This document shows, piece by piece, positions 1 to 9,164 of a stretch of 34,912 nt of DNA. The stretch comes from Candidatus Zixiibacteriota bacterium (GTDB lineage Bacteria > SM23-81 > DAOVCL01): NCBI GenBank assembly GCA_030670005.1, contig DAOVCL010000002.1, positions 1-34,912 on the forward strand, written 5' to 3'. The position numbers and the translations under genes were made by a program. How positions within the stretch are numbered: the first letter of the stretch is position 1; each line of letters opens with the position of its first letter. The notes under the pieces are model-generated. The model did no database searches. It worked only from the letters and a program-made list of their open reading frames with translations, and was not told where the DNA came from.

Positions 1-95
1 AAAGTTAGCCTGGTGACTGGAACCGCTTAGGTTCTCCCGTTCCTTTTCCCAGGCAACTCACCAGATGCTAAGAAACATCCTCAAATAGGCAAAAG

Positions 96-558
96 GTGCC
101 CACTCTCCAGTCAATAACGTTAGGAGGGTCAGGCAATATGGGAAGATACCGCCTGCTCGGCATACCCGCGGTTCGGGACAGAATAAATCCTATCTTTGAA
201 CAAAAGTTTCCTGATGACTCCTTTGACGTAGAGGTGGCCGATGGTAACATTCTGGGGCTGGTTGAGAGATTTCTCAAGTCCGGTGTAAAGCTTAGGTGGA
301 AAAGGCACTGGAGGTGGTATGGAAAAAAACCGAACCAAGTCAGTGGAGAAATTTCGAGACGAAGTCAGGAGACTTACCGTCCGGTCTTATAACCTCAACC
401 AAGAGGTCATCAAGGAACGCGCTCGGCCGCTGAGCCTGGGGGATCTTTGTCCTGTTGTCAAAGGATGTTTAATTGGCCCCCTGGATAGGGGCAATCTCTG
501 TTGGGGTCGCCCGGTGCGGGAAAGTCCCGACTACGTCGGGATAAATATGGGGAATTGA
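96..558 (+). pseudogene. Degenerate group II intron reverse transcriptase/maturase remnant (split over two frames, internally deleted)
   Basis: The frame of 96..392 reads RLLGIPAVRDR..INPIFEQKFPDDSF. This is the RT block LGIPxxRDR...EPxFexxFxxxSYGF with its middle missing. The frame of 319..558 reads KSVEKFRDEVRRLTVRSYNLNQEVIKE, the thumb/X-domain signature (KSxxKFKxKIRxLTxR...sxeevi). There is no intact ORF and no YADD block. Confidence 0.55.
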
Positions 559-607
559 CCCCATTGCGACAACGGGGAGGGGCTGTTAATCACCTGCCCC
601 TTACCCG

Positions 608-636
608 CTCTAAAAAATTCCGAAATGTCCTGTTAT
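608..636. repeat. Half copy (right arm plus flank) of the ATTTCGGAATT/AATTCCGAAAT palindrome family
   Basis: ctctaaaaaattccgaaatgtcctgttat closely matches ccctaaaaattcctaaatgacctgttat at 14209..14236. It also matches the right arm of the palindromes at 1295..1327 and 25243..25275. The left arm is absent here. Confidence 0.45.
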
Positions 637-1367
637 CTTGTGCACCGTCAGGAGTATAGGGAGAGGGTTGCAGAATTGAGCGAGGAACTGAGGATCCCCC
701 TTCTGGTTGAAGCCCCGGATTATACTTACGGTCAAAATGGTGAGCCCAGATATTACAATGCCGTATTTCTCTTTCGGCCTCAAGTTGGGGAGGTGCAAAA
801 TTACTACAAGATCCAGCTTGTCCCCTTCTCAGAGAGGATACCATTCGATGAGAGGCTACCCATACCGAAGAGGATAAACCTGGGGGAGGCCGACTTCTCC
901 CCTGGAAGAAGGCTCACCCTTTTCGATAGTGGCAAGGGCCATTTTGCCGCCCTGATCTGTTTTGAGGCCATCTTCCCCAATCTGGTAAGAGCGTTTGTAA
1001 ACAGGGGATAAGATTTTCTGGTAAATGTCACCAACGATGCCTGGTTTGGTAGGACATCAGGCCCCTTTCAGCACGCGGAGATTGCCAAGTTCAGGACAGT
1101 AGAAAATCGCATATATATGGCCTGCTGTGCCAACACCGGGACATCCATCCTCTACGATCCCTATAGCAGGACGATAGCCCAAACCCGGCTCTTTACCAGG
1201 AAAAGCCTGGTTTTGGACCTCCCCCTGGGGGGGAGAAGACATTCTACACCCAATGGGGGGAATGGTTTCCAAAGCTCTGTCTGGTCATAACGGTACATTT
1301 CGGAATTTCTTGGAAATTCCGAAATGTCAGGGGATGTTTGAAGGGGATAGGTCCCCTTCAAGAGTGA
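625..1367 (+). pseudogene. lnt: Apolipoprotein N-acyltransferase (Lnt) remnant: C-terminal CN-hydrolase domain only, with an in-frame stop and a frameshift
   Basis: The ORF reads YNAVFLF..YYKIQLVPFSERIPF..FAALICFEAIFPNLVRAFVNRG, then TAA at 1009..1011. It continues in the same frame as DFLVNVTNDAWFGRTSGPFQHAEIAKFRTVENRIYMACCANTGTSILYDPYSR, the Lnt signature. After the G7 run at 1227..1233 the expected C-terminus KTFYTQWGEWFPKLCLVI is in another frame. The N-terminal polytopic membrane domain is missing. Confidence 0.7.
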
Positions 1368-1458
1368 CAGCGGAGCGATCCGAGTGAGCGCAGGATTGCG
1401 AAGCGCCAGAGGGTCGAGAGACCCTATGGGAAGTTAGCGACCGAAGGGAGCTAAGTTC
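1295..1458 (+). repeat. Structured ~165-nt repeat element, copy 1 (perfect 15-bp-arm palindrome plus two hairpins plus a conserved 3' end)
   Basis: This is a direct copy of 25243..25408. It begins with ACATTTCGGAATTTC-ttg-GAAATTCCGAAATGT. It then has hairpins TTGAAGGGGA/TCCCCTTCAA and AGGGTC-GAGA-GACCCT, and ends GCGACCGAAGGGAGCTAAGTTC. Confidence 0.75.
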
Positions 1459-1649
1459 GATTATGGGGATTGTGGCCTTTCTCATCGGATTTAAGATGAA
1501 CCAATCGCCCACAAAGTGATTTAATCAAGAACTGAGAGGTCAGATCCCCTGATCTGACCGTGCCAAATGAAGCTTCAACAGAGGTGATAGAAAGAGAAAA
1601 TAAGGTTCAGCAAAGGGTTAGAAAAAAGGGGGTAAAATTGAGGTGGAAA

Positions 1650-3911
1650 ATGGGACTCTTTTTTATTCTTTTGCCTGGCTTGGCCCAGGCAGGGGGTTGG
1701 CACACCTATACAAACACCAATTATCTCAACGATCTGAAGGTTATAGGCAACCAGGTTTGGTGGGGAACAAATGGTGGGATGGTGAAATACGATAACTCGG
1801 ATAGCTCTTACACCATCTACCGGAACACAGACGGCCTGGGGGGGATAAATGTGGGGGCAGTGGAGGTGGATGATGAGGGAAACCTCTGGTTTGGCCTGGC
1901 AAATGGGGTATTAAACAGGCTCAGGCCCAATGGGGAATGGAAGAGGACATTCCTGGAATGCGGCATTAACTACCTGAGATACCATCAGGGGAAAATATGG
2001 GCAGCCACCGAGAAGGCTCTGATAAAGTTTGATCCTCAAACCTGGCTCCCTTTGGATATCTGTGAACAGCCGGGAACTGGGTTGCAGAGGGATCGACCCA
2101 TCAGGTGCCTCTTCTTTTGGGGGGATACCCTCTGGGCCGGCACAGAGGGGGGAATCTCCTATATCGATATTGCCCAGACGGAAAACCTCAGGGACCCAGC
2201 CCAGTGGACCTACTTCACCGAAGAGAACTCATCCTTGGGAAATGATGAGATCAACACGATTGCCTCATATCAGGGGGAAATATACACGGGCACTGGAGAC
2301 GGTATCTACAAATTTGCCGATAGTTTATGGGAGCCAATTGGGGGTGATTGGCAGGACGGCAGAATCTATGATCTAAAGACCCACTCCGGCAAACTCCTGG
2401 CGGTGACCGCCAAGGGAGTTTGGCGGTGGGAGAACGGAGACCTCGACTCCCTGAAATGTCCCTCCTCAGTTACTCGTAAGTTAAGCATTGGCCCACAGGG
2501 AGAGCTTTGGGTGGGAACCTGGGGGGAGGGAACCCTCCTCTACTCAGGCGGAGGGTGGCAATACCCATTTAAGACCCAGGGCCCCATCGGGAACAGGATA
2601 GCGGATATGACCTTAGATGGGGAGGGACGGCTCTGGTTGGCCTCTCCAGGATACGGGATGAGCGGCTTCGATGGGAAGAGGTGGGAGAACTTTAGCCCGA
2701 TAGCAGATACCACCCTCCATTCTCATCCCAATGGTCACGAAAGCCCTATCTCAAAGGGCATCTGTGCGGTAGCCGTAGACAAGGTAGGGAACAAGTGGTT
2801 CGGCCTCTGGGCTGGGGGGGTGATCAAGCTCGATACAGAGGGGAATCAGACCCTATATGATGAGGACAACAGCATTCTCAGGTTTAGCGATCCCAATTAT
2901 AAGTGGGCCACCTGGAATGTGGTGGTAAACCAGATAATGGTGGACAAGGCAAACAACAAATACTTTGCCAACTGGTATAATGGGGTAGCCATCTTAGACA
3001 GTAGTGAGACCAATTGGGTGATGTATGATCGCCTAATAAGCGATGGCGTCATCACTGGCAGGCTCATTCTGGATATGCTCATTGACAACCAGGGAAGAAA
3101 ATGGTTTGCCCACCGCGACGGGGCGGGGGGTAGCCAGGGTGGGGTAAGCTATCTGTTTGATGATAAGGGGACTCCCCTTGATCAAGAGGATGACAGTTTG
3201 GTCTATTTCTTGGGGGAGAGGGATGGGCTTTTAAACAACAAGGTGAACTCCCTGGCGATTGACCTTGATGGTTCAATCTGGATGGGCACCGATGAGGGGG
3301 TGAGCAAGTATGACCCCTGGCTCTCCCCGGTCCCCATCCCAGGATACAGGTTCCTGCCAAACTATTTGGACAGGATCGGCTACCGAGAGGTCAGCTCCAT
3401 AGAGGTTGACACCAAGGGGAACAAGTGGTTTGGCACCAGCAGTGGCTTGCTCAGATATGAAGAGGAGGATTTCACCTGGCAGGAGTTTACCCCCAAGAAC
3501 AGTGGCCTCCTGGACGAGAAGATAAACTGCCTCCTCTTGGACAAGGACAAAGGACATCTCTGGATAGGGACGGACAAGGGGCTATCTATGTATGAGTTGG
3601 ATATGGTCAAACCAAAGCCTAAACTCTCACAGCTTCTGGTATATCCTAACCCCCTCATCCTCTCCCGGAATGGGGCAGGGTCCAGGAGTGGGGCCGAGGT
3701 CAAATTCAAAAACCTGACGGCCACATCCACTGTATACATCTTCACCGTTAACGGCGAGCTGGTCAGTGAGATACCCTCTCAAGGACTTGGCCTGGTAAGC
3801 TGGGACGGGAGAAATCAGGGCGGGAACCTGGTGGCCTGCGGGGTCTACATCTGGGTGGTAAGGGATAAAAATGGAAACAATAGGACGGGAAAGATAGCAG
3901 TGATCAGATGA
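1650..3911 (+). CDS. Secreted multi-repeat beta-propeller protein (two-component-regulator-propeller-like repeats) with a C-terminal FlgD-Ig/T9SS-type sorting domain
   Basis: The ORF is 1560..3911. The ATG at 1650 is preceded by GAGGTG and opens a signal peptide (MGLFFILLPGLAQAGG). G-x-LW(V/I)GT, WFGT and GLxxYD repeats run throughout. The C-terminus VYPNPL...VKFKNL...VYIFTVNGELV...WDGRNQGGNLVACGVYIWVV...GKIAVIR is typical of this sorting domain. Confidence 0.8.
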   Translation: MGLFFILLPGLAQAGGWHTYTNTNYLNDLKVIGNQVWWGTNGGMVKYDNSDSSYTIYRNTDGLGGINVGAVEVDDEGNLWFGLANGVLNRLRPNGEWKRTFLECGINYLRYHQGKIWAATEKALIKFDPQTWLPLDICEQPGTGLQRDRPIRCLFFWGDTLWAGTEGGISYIDIAQTENLRDPAQWTYFTEENSSLGNDEINTIASYQGEIYTGTGDGIYKFADSLWEPIGGDWQDGRIYDLKTHSGKLLAVTAKGVWRWENGDLDSLKCPSSVTRKLSIGPQGELWVGTWGEGTLLYSGGGWQYPFKTQGPIGNRIADMTLDGEGRLWLASPGYGMSGFDGKRWENFSPIADTTLHSHPNGHESPISKGICAVAVDKVGNKWFGLWAGGVIKLDTEGNQTLYDEDNSILRFSDPNYKWATWNVVVNQIMVDKANNKYFANWYNGVAILDSSETNWVMYDRLISDGVITGRLILDMLIDNQGRKWFAHRDGAGGSQGGVSYLFDDKGTPLDQEDDSLVYFLGERDGLLNNKVNSLAIDLDGSIWMGTDEGVSKYDPWLSPVPIPGYRFLPNYLDRIGYREVSSIEVDTKGNKWFGTSSGLLRYEEEDFTWQEFTPKNSGLLDEKINCLLLDKDKGHLWIGTDKGLSMYELDMVKPKPKLSQLLVYPNPLILSRNGAGSRSGAEVKFKNLTATSTVYIFTVNGELVSEIPSQGLGLVSWDGRNQGGNLVACGVYIWVVRDKNGNNRTGKIAVIR

Positions 3912-3974
3912 CCTTTTCCAAACGAAATGACCTAATACCACCCCGCTCCTCTTCAAGGCCCTTCAAAAAAATCC

Positions 3975-4003
3975 TTGACAAATAGCTGTAGCCTTCCTTA
4001 AGT
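3975..4003 (+). promoter_or_regulatory. Putative sigma70-type promoter of the rnf operon
   Basis: TTGACA (3975..3980), a 17-nt spacer, then TTAAGT (3998..4003). The rnfC ATG at 4016 is only 12 nt past the -10 hexamer, and there is no Shine-Dalgarno sequence. Confidence 0.35.
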
Positions 4004-4015
4004 TTATCTCTTCAG

Positions 4016-5332
4016 ATGAAGAAGAGAAGTTTCAAAGGGGGAACTCATCCCCCAGCGAAAAAGGAGCTCACCGCCAAATCACCCATAGCGGCTATGCCCC
4101 TGCCGGAGGAGGTTCTCCTCCCCCTGAGCCAACATCTCGGCGCCCCAGCCAAACCACTGGTTAAACCCAATGATAGGGTGAAGACCGGTCAAAAGATCGC
4201 TGAGGCGACAGGGTTTGTCTCCGTTCCCCTCCATTCCTCCATCTCTGGCACTGTTAAGGAGATCGCGGAGCTACCCCATCCCACTCTCGGTGTGGGCTTG
4301 GCTATCAGGATCGAAGGGGATGGAGATGATGTGTGGGATGAGGGGACAAAGGAGAGGGCAAACTATAGCGGGCTGACCCCAAAGGAGCTAAGGGAGATCA
4401 TCAGGGAGGCAGGCATTGCTGGTATGGGGGGTGCTGCCTTCCCTACCCATGTGAAGCTCTCCCCCCCCCAGGAGAAGCCAATTGACACCTTTATCCTCAA
4501 CGGAGCCGAATGCGAGCCCTGGCTCACTGCTGACCAAAGGCTTATGCTGGAGAACGGTGAGGGAATCTTGGAGGGGATGAGGCTCATTATGCGGACCCTT
4601 GGTTGTCAGAAGGGGTGTATCGGCATAGAGACAAACAAGGGGGATGCCATCAAGAACCTGCAGAAGCTCTCCTCCGCCTACGGCTACGAGGTCATACCTC
4701 TTAAGGTCAAGTATCCCCAGGGGGGGGAGAAACAATTGATCAAGGCCATCACTGGTCGGGAGGTTCCCTTGGGCGGGCTCCCTATGGATGTGGGCTGTGT
4801 GGTGCACAATGTGGGAACAGCATACGCCGTTTACGAGGCCGTGGCTAAGGGGAAGCCGCTGATTGAAAGGGTTGTTACTGTTACCGGCACCATAGTCAAG
4901 AATCCCCAGAACCTGCGCACAAGAATAGGAACCCACTTTGCTAAGCTCATTGAGGAATGTGGAGGGACAACGGAAACAATGGGCAAGCTAATAAATGGTG
5001 GGCCGATGATGGGCATAGCGGTGGAGACCGACGAGGTACCCGTAATCAAAGGAACATCAGGGGTTTTAGCCCTGTCCCAAAAGGAGGCCAGATACTGGGA
5101 GCCCAGGCCCTGCATCTACTGTGGAAGATGTGTAGATACCTGCCCTATGGGGCTTATGCCCAATATGATAGGCAACTTAGCTGAAAAGGAGAAGTTCGCA
5201 TCGGCCAAGGAGTATGGGGTGCTGAACTGTATAGAATGTGGAAGTTGCTCCTTTGTATGTCCTGCCAGGAGGAACCTTGTTCACCTCTTCAAATATGCCA
5301 AGGCCAAGCTGACCCAAATGAAAGAGAGTTAA
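4016..5332 (+). CDS. rnfC: Rnf electron-transport complex subunit C
   Basis: 438 aa. It has the GMGGAAFPTHVKL nucleotide-binding block and ILNGAECEPWLTAD. Two ferredoxin motifs are present: CIYCGRCVDTCP and CIECGSCSFVCP. It is the first gene of a C-D-G-E-A-B series. Confidence 0.93.
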   Translation: MKKRSFKGGTHPPAKKELTAKSPIAAMPLPEEVLLPLSQHLGAPAKPLVKPNDRVKTGQKIAEATGFVSVPLHSSISGTVKEIAELPHPTLGVGLAIRIEGDGDDVWDEGTKERANYSGLTPKELREIIREAGIAGMGGAAFPTHVKLSPPQEKPIDTFILNGAECEPWLTADQRLMLENGEGILEGMRLIMRTLGCQKGCIGIETNKGDAIKNLQKLSSAYGYEVIPLKVKYPQGGEKQLIKAITGREVPLGGLPMDVGCVVHNVGTAYAVYEAVAKGKPLIERVVTVTGTIVKNPQNLRTRIGTHFAKLIEECGGTTETMGKLINGGPMMGIAVETDEVPVIKGTSGVLALSQKEARYWEPRPCIYCGRCVDTCPMGLMPNMIGNLAEKEKFASAKEYGVLNCIECGSCSFVCPARRNLVHLFKYAKAKLTQMKES

Positions 5333-6364
5333 ATGGAATCCAAGCTATTCCTCTCCTCCTCCCCCCATATCAGGGATGATGTCTCCATCCCCAAGATAAT
5401 GTGGACGGTGAACATCGCCCTTCTACCTGCCTTGTTGGGCTCTCTCTGGTTCTTTGGTCTGAGGGCCCTATGGTTGGTGGCCGTGAGTATCCTAACTGCG
5501 GTGGGAACCGAGGCCCTGCTGGAGAAGCTGATGAAGAAGCCTTTAACCATCTACGATGGATCTGCAGTGATCACGGGGATACTTCTCGCCTTTAACCTAC
5601 CTGCCGGCGTTCCTCTCTGGATGCCTGCTGTGGGGTCGGTGGTTGCCATTGGCATAGGGAAACAGGTTTTTGGAGGATTGGGTTTTAACCCTCTGAATCC
5701 AGCCCTTCTGGGAAGGGCATTCCTGATGGCCTCCTGGCCGGTGCATATGACCACAGATTGGATCCTCACCCGTTATGGAACGATGAACGGGATTGACACG
5801 GTGACCAGGGCCACTCCTCTTAAAGTCTACCAGTTGGCCAGGGACTACCTCTCCGCCCACCAGGGAGTATCCCCGGAGCAGTTATCCCAGGCCAAGGTCA
5901 CCCTCACCCATCTATCCCAGGCCTACAGAAACCTCTTCTGTGGCAATGTGAGCGGCTCCCTGGGGGAGACTTCTTTCCTCCTCCTCTTCGTAGGAGCATT
6001 TCTCCTCTTCCTCAAGGGGTATATCGGCTGGAGGATACCGGTATCCTTCATCGGCACCGCGGCCCTGGGAGCCTGGATATTCGGCGGGACAGGTAGGCTG
6101 TTTACCGGTGATCCCCTCTTCCACATCTTGGCTGGAGGGCTGGCCTTGGGGGCCTTCTTTATGGCCACCGATATGGTCACCTCCCCTGTTACCCCCAAGG
6201 GGAAACTTCTATTCGGATTTGGCTGTGGATTGATCACCATACTTATCAGATTGGTTGGGGGCTACCCAGAGGGGGTCTCTTACTCCATTCTCTTGATGAA
6301 CTTAATTGTCCCACTTTTGGATAGATATACCAAGCCCAGAAGGCTGGGGGAGGTGAGAAGATGA
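5333..6364 (+). CDS. rnfD: Rnf electron-transport complex subunit D
   Basis: 343 aa polytopic NqrB/RnfD-type protein (SSSPHI..., DTVTRATPL, FFMATDMVTSP, SILLMNLIVPLLD). Its start abuts the rnfC stop. Confidence 0.92.
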   Translation: MESKLFLSSSPHIRDDVSIPKIMWTVNIALLPALLGSLWFFGLRALWLVAVSILTAVGTEALLEKLMKKPLTIYDGSAVITGILLAFNLPAGVPLWMPAVGSVVAIGIGKQVFGGLGFNPLNPALLGRAFLMASWPVHMTTDWILTRYGTMNGIDTVTRATPLKVYQLARDYLSAHQGVSPEQLSQAKVTLTHLSQAYRNLFCGNVSGSLGETSFLLLFVGAFLLFLKGYIGWRIPVSFIGTAALGAWIFGGTGRLFTGDPLFHILAGGLALGAFFMATDMVTSPVTPKGKLLFGFGCGLITILIRLVGGYPEGVSYSILLMNLIVPLLDRYTKPRRLGEVRR

Positions 6365-6942
6365 AAGAGATAATCAAGTTTGGTGGCCTTCTCCTCTTAA
6401 TTACCGGAGTGGCCGCTGGTCTTTTGGCCTATGTGGACTCTCTGACCAAACCGAAGATAGAGGAGCAGAAGAGGTTAGAAGGGGAGGAGGCCCTAAGCTG
6501 GGTTCTCCCCCAGGTCAAAGAGGGGGTGATCATCCATGTTTGCTCCAAGGGCAAGACCCTTTACTATATCGGCTATGCCCACAAGGACACCACAGATCTG
6601 GTTGGATACGCCTTCCTGGCCAAGGGCACGGGTTACTCCAGCGATATTGAGACGATGGTAGGGGTAGACACCTCTGGGGTGATCACCGGGATAAGGATAC
6701 TCTCCCAGAAGGAGACCCCGGGGCTTGGCTCCCGCATTCTGGAGGTAAAGCCAGGGGAGACGGAGCCCTGGTTTCAGCGCCAATTTAAGGAGAAGAAGGC
6801 AGATCAGGTAGCGGTAGAGAAGGATGGGGGAGAGATAAACAGCGTCACCGGCGCCACCATCTCCTCCCGGACAGTGACCAACTCCATCAAGGAGGGGGCC
6901 TTGAATTTGGCAAAGCTGATCGAAGAAAGCAAAGAAAAATGA
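6361..6942 (+). CDS. rnfG: Rnf electron-transport complex subunit G (FMN-binding)
   Basis: 193 aa with an N-terminal anchor. It has ETPGLG and the FMN attachment block SVTGATISSRTV. It overlaps rnfD by 4 nt. Confidence 0.9.
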   Translation: MKEIIKFGGLLLLITGVAAGLLAYVDSLTKPKIEEQKRLEGEEALSWVLPQVKEGVIIHVCSKGKTLYYIGYAHKDTTDLVGYAFLAKGTGYSSDIETMVGVDTSGVITGIRILSQKETPGLGSRILEVKPGETEPWFQRQFKEKKADQVAVEKDGGEINSVTGATISSRTVTNSIKEGALNLAKLIEESKEK

Positions 6943-7535
6943 GGACAGGAAAGGTGTTCGTCAAGGGGATCTACCAGGAGAACCCCATCTTCCGGCTGGC
7001 CCTGGGCCTCTGTCCCTTCCTGGCAGTGACCAGTTCGACAGAGAATGGGTTGGGAATGGGATTGGCAGCCACCTTCGTCCTGGTAGGCTCAAACTTCATC
7101 ATCTCCCTGGTGCGCAAGCTAATTCCCCAGAGGATTAGGATCCCTTGTTTTATCGTGGTGATAGCCACCTTTGTCTCCCTGGTAGAGATGGTTATGCAGG
7201 CCTACTCCCCTGGGTTGTATAAGAACCTGGGCATATTCGTCCCCTTGATTGTGGTCAACTGCATCATCCTGGGAAGGGCGGAGGCCTTTGCCAGCAGGAA
7301 CGGGGTGGGTCTCTCCCTGCTCGATGGGTTGGGAATGGGGGTTGGTTTTACTCTGGCCCTGGTGATTATCGGGGTCATCAGGGAGCTATTGGGATCGGGA
7401 AAGATCTTTGGGCACATCATCCTTGGTTCGGGATATAACCCGGCCCTTCTCTTCATCCTCCCTCCGGGCGCCTTCCTCACCATTGGCCTTCTTATGGGGC
7501 TGTTTAACTATGTAGAAGAAAGAGCAAAGAGATGA
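6939..7535 (+). CDS. rnfE: Rnf electron-transport complex subunit E
   Basis: 198 aa NqrD/RnfE-type protein ([40 protein letters not shown]). It overlaps its neighbours by 4 nt. Confidence 0.9.
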   Translation: MRTGKVFVKGIYQENPIFRLALGLCPFLAVTSSTENGLGMGLAATFVLVGSNFIISLVRKLIPQRIRIPCFIVVIATFVSLVEMVMQAYSPGLYKNLGIFVPLIVVNCIILGRAEAFASRNGVGLSLLDGLGMGVGFTLALVIIGVIRELLGSGKIFGHIILGSGYNPALLFILPPGAFLTIGLLMGLFNYVEERAKR

Positions 7536-8137
7536 GTATCGGACACCTCTTGATCATCGCTGTGGCCTCCATCCTGGTGAACAACTTCGTCCTCTCCCGC
7601 TTCTTAGGCCTCTGCCCCTATATTGGGGTCTCCAAACAGCTCGATTCGGCCATCGGCATGGGAATGGCGGTTATCTTCGTGATGACAATGGCCTCACTCT
7701 CCACCTGGGCCATATACACCTATCTGCTGGCTCCGGCCACCTCCATCTGGAAAATTGACCTCACCTACCTGAGAACTATCTCCTTTATCCTGGTTATCGC
7801 CTCCTTGGTGCAGTTGGTGGAGATGGTGCTGCAGAAGACAGTCCCCACTCTCTATCGGGCCTTAGGGATATATCTCCCCCTGATCACCACAAACTGTGCC
7901 GTCTTGGGGGTAACCGTGCTGAATATAGACAAGAGGTTTGGCCTGGTGGAAAGCCTGGTGCAGGGGTTTACCGCCGGGGTTGGCTTTACCCTGGCCTTGA
8001 TCCTAATGGCCGGGATAAGGGAGAAACTCGATCTGGCAGACATCCCCAAGCCATTGAGGGGGATACCAATAGCCTTCATCGTGGCCGGGATTATGTCCAT
8101 TGCCTTCTTGGGCTTCTCCGGCCTGGTGACTGAATAG
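7532..8137 (+). CDS. rnfA: Rnf electron-transport complex subunit A
   Basis: 201 aa NqrE/RnfA-type protein ([34 protein letters not shown]). Confidence 0.9.
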   Translation: MSIGHLLIIAVASILVNNFVLSRFLGLCPYIGVSKQLDSAIGMGMAVIFVMTMASLSTWAIYTYLLAPATSIWKIDLTYLRTISFILVIASLVQLVEMVLQKTVPTLYRALGIYLPLITTNCAVLGVTVLNIDKRFGLVESLVQGFTAGVGFTLALILMAGIREKLDLADIPKPLRGIPIAFIVAGIMSIAFLGFSGLVTE

Positions 8138-9154
8138 ATGAGCTCAGGGATACTCATTCCCATATTAAGCGTGGGTGGATTGGGCCTGATCTTTGGCGTT
8201 GGCCTGGCCTTGGCCGCCAAGAGGTTTGCCGTGAAGGTCGACCCCAGGGTGGAGAAGATCCTTGAGGCCCTGCCTGGGGCAAACTGTGGGGTCTGTGGTT
8301 ATCCGGGCTGCTCAGGCTTTGCCGAGGCGGTAGTGGCGGGGAAGGCACCTGTTAACGGCTGCGTGCCTGGGGGGCCGGCTGTGGCCAAAACCTTGGGCAA
8401 GATAATGGGCAAGGAGGCTGAAGAGGGGATAAAAAAGATAGCCTTTGTCCAATGCCGGGGAGGGAAGGATAAGGCCAAAGGGAAGTTTAGCTATCAGGGA
8501 TTGGAGAACTGTGGAGCAGCCTCGCTCATCTCCGGTGGCCCTAAGGCCTGCAGGTATGGCTGTCTGGGGTTTGGAGATTGCGTGAAGGTCTGCCCTTTCG
8601 GTGCCATCGAAATGGGGGAGGACGGAATTCCGGTAGTGGACGATGAGAAATGCACCGGATGCGGCCTCTGCGTGCAGGCCTGCCCCCGGGGGATAATCAC
8701 CCTCTTGCCTTTCTCTCAAAAGGTCTTCGTTGGCTGCGTATCTAAGGATAGGGCGGCTGTGGTGAAGAAGGCCTGCGCTGTAGGCTGTATCGGATGTGGC
8801 ATCTGTGCCAAAAAATGTCCTCAGGGAGCAATCACCATCAAGGATAACTACGCCTGGTTTGACTATAACAAATGCACCAGTTGCGGCACCTGCGCCTATG
8901 TCTGCCCCACCAAGGCCATCGTGGACAAGGTCAAAGCCAGGCCAAAGGCGTCAATTGGCACTGGTTGCACGGGCTGTGGCATCTGTAAGGAGGTCTGTCC
9001 GGCCAAGGCCATCTCCGGGGAGAAGAAATCAAGACACCAGGTGGATATGGACAAGTGTATCGGTTGCGGCCTCTGCTTTGAGAAGTGCCCGGTAAAGGCC
9101 ATTAATATGGTGGGAGCCTTAGGTTGGGTAGAGAAGAAGAAGGGGGTAGCTTAA
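8138..9154 (+). CDS. rnfB: Rnf electron-transport complex subunit B, long polyferredoxin form
   Basis: 338 aa with an N-terminal anchor and the CGVCGYPGC cluster motif. A variant CxxxCx5CxxxCP motif follows. Five canonical CxxCxxCxxxCP motifs are present: CTGCGLCVQACP, CIGCGICAKKCP, CTSCGTCAYVCP, CTGCGICKEVCP and CIGCGLCFEKCP. Confidence 0.9.
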   Translation: MSSGILIPILSVGGLGLIFGVGLALAAKRFAVKVDPRVEKILEALPGANCGVCGYPGCSGFAEAVVAGKAPVNGCVPGGPAVAKTLGKIMGKEAEEGIKKIAFVQCRGGKDKAKGKFSYQGLENCGAASLISGGPKACRYGCLGFGDCVKVCPFGAIEMGEDGIPVVDDEKCTGCGLCVQACPRGIITLLPFSQKVFVGCVSKDRAAVVKKACAVGCIGCGICAKKCPQGAITIKDNYAWFDYNKCTSCGTCAYVCPTKAIVDKVKARPKASIGTGCTGCGICKEVCPAKAISGEKKSRHQVDMDKCIGCGLCFEKCPVKAINMVGALGWVEKKKGVA

Positions 9155-9164
9155 GAATTAAGAA

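Noticed and set aside
1009-1011. In-frame TAA in lnt as a possible sign of stop-codon reassignment.
   Set aside because: TAA terminates several well-supported genes in this window at the expected positions, for example rnfC, rnfB, nfo and rsmA. The same gene has other lesions, so pseudogenisation or sequencing error is the simpler reading.
1560-1649. GTG start at 1560 for the propeller protein, as given in the track.
   Set aside because: The extension is hydrophilic and precedes an ATG with a GAGGTG RBS that opens a canonical signal peptide, so 1650 is the better start.
277-1655. The shared peptide GVKLRWK in ORF 96..392 and in the 5' extension of ORF 1560..3911.
   Set aside because: The underlying nucleotides match only partially (roughly two thirds over 27 nt, by eye). 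The second occurrence lies upstream of the likely true start at 1650 and includes its RBS. This is probably coincidence.
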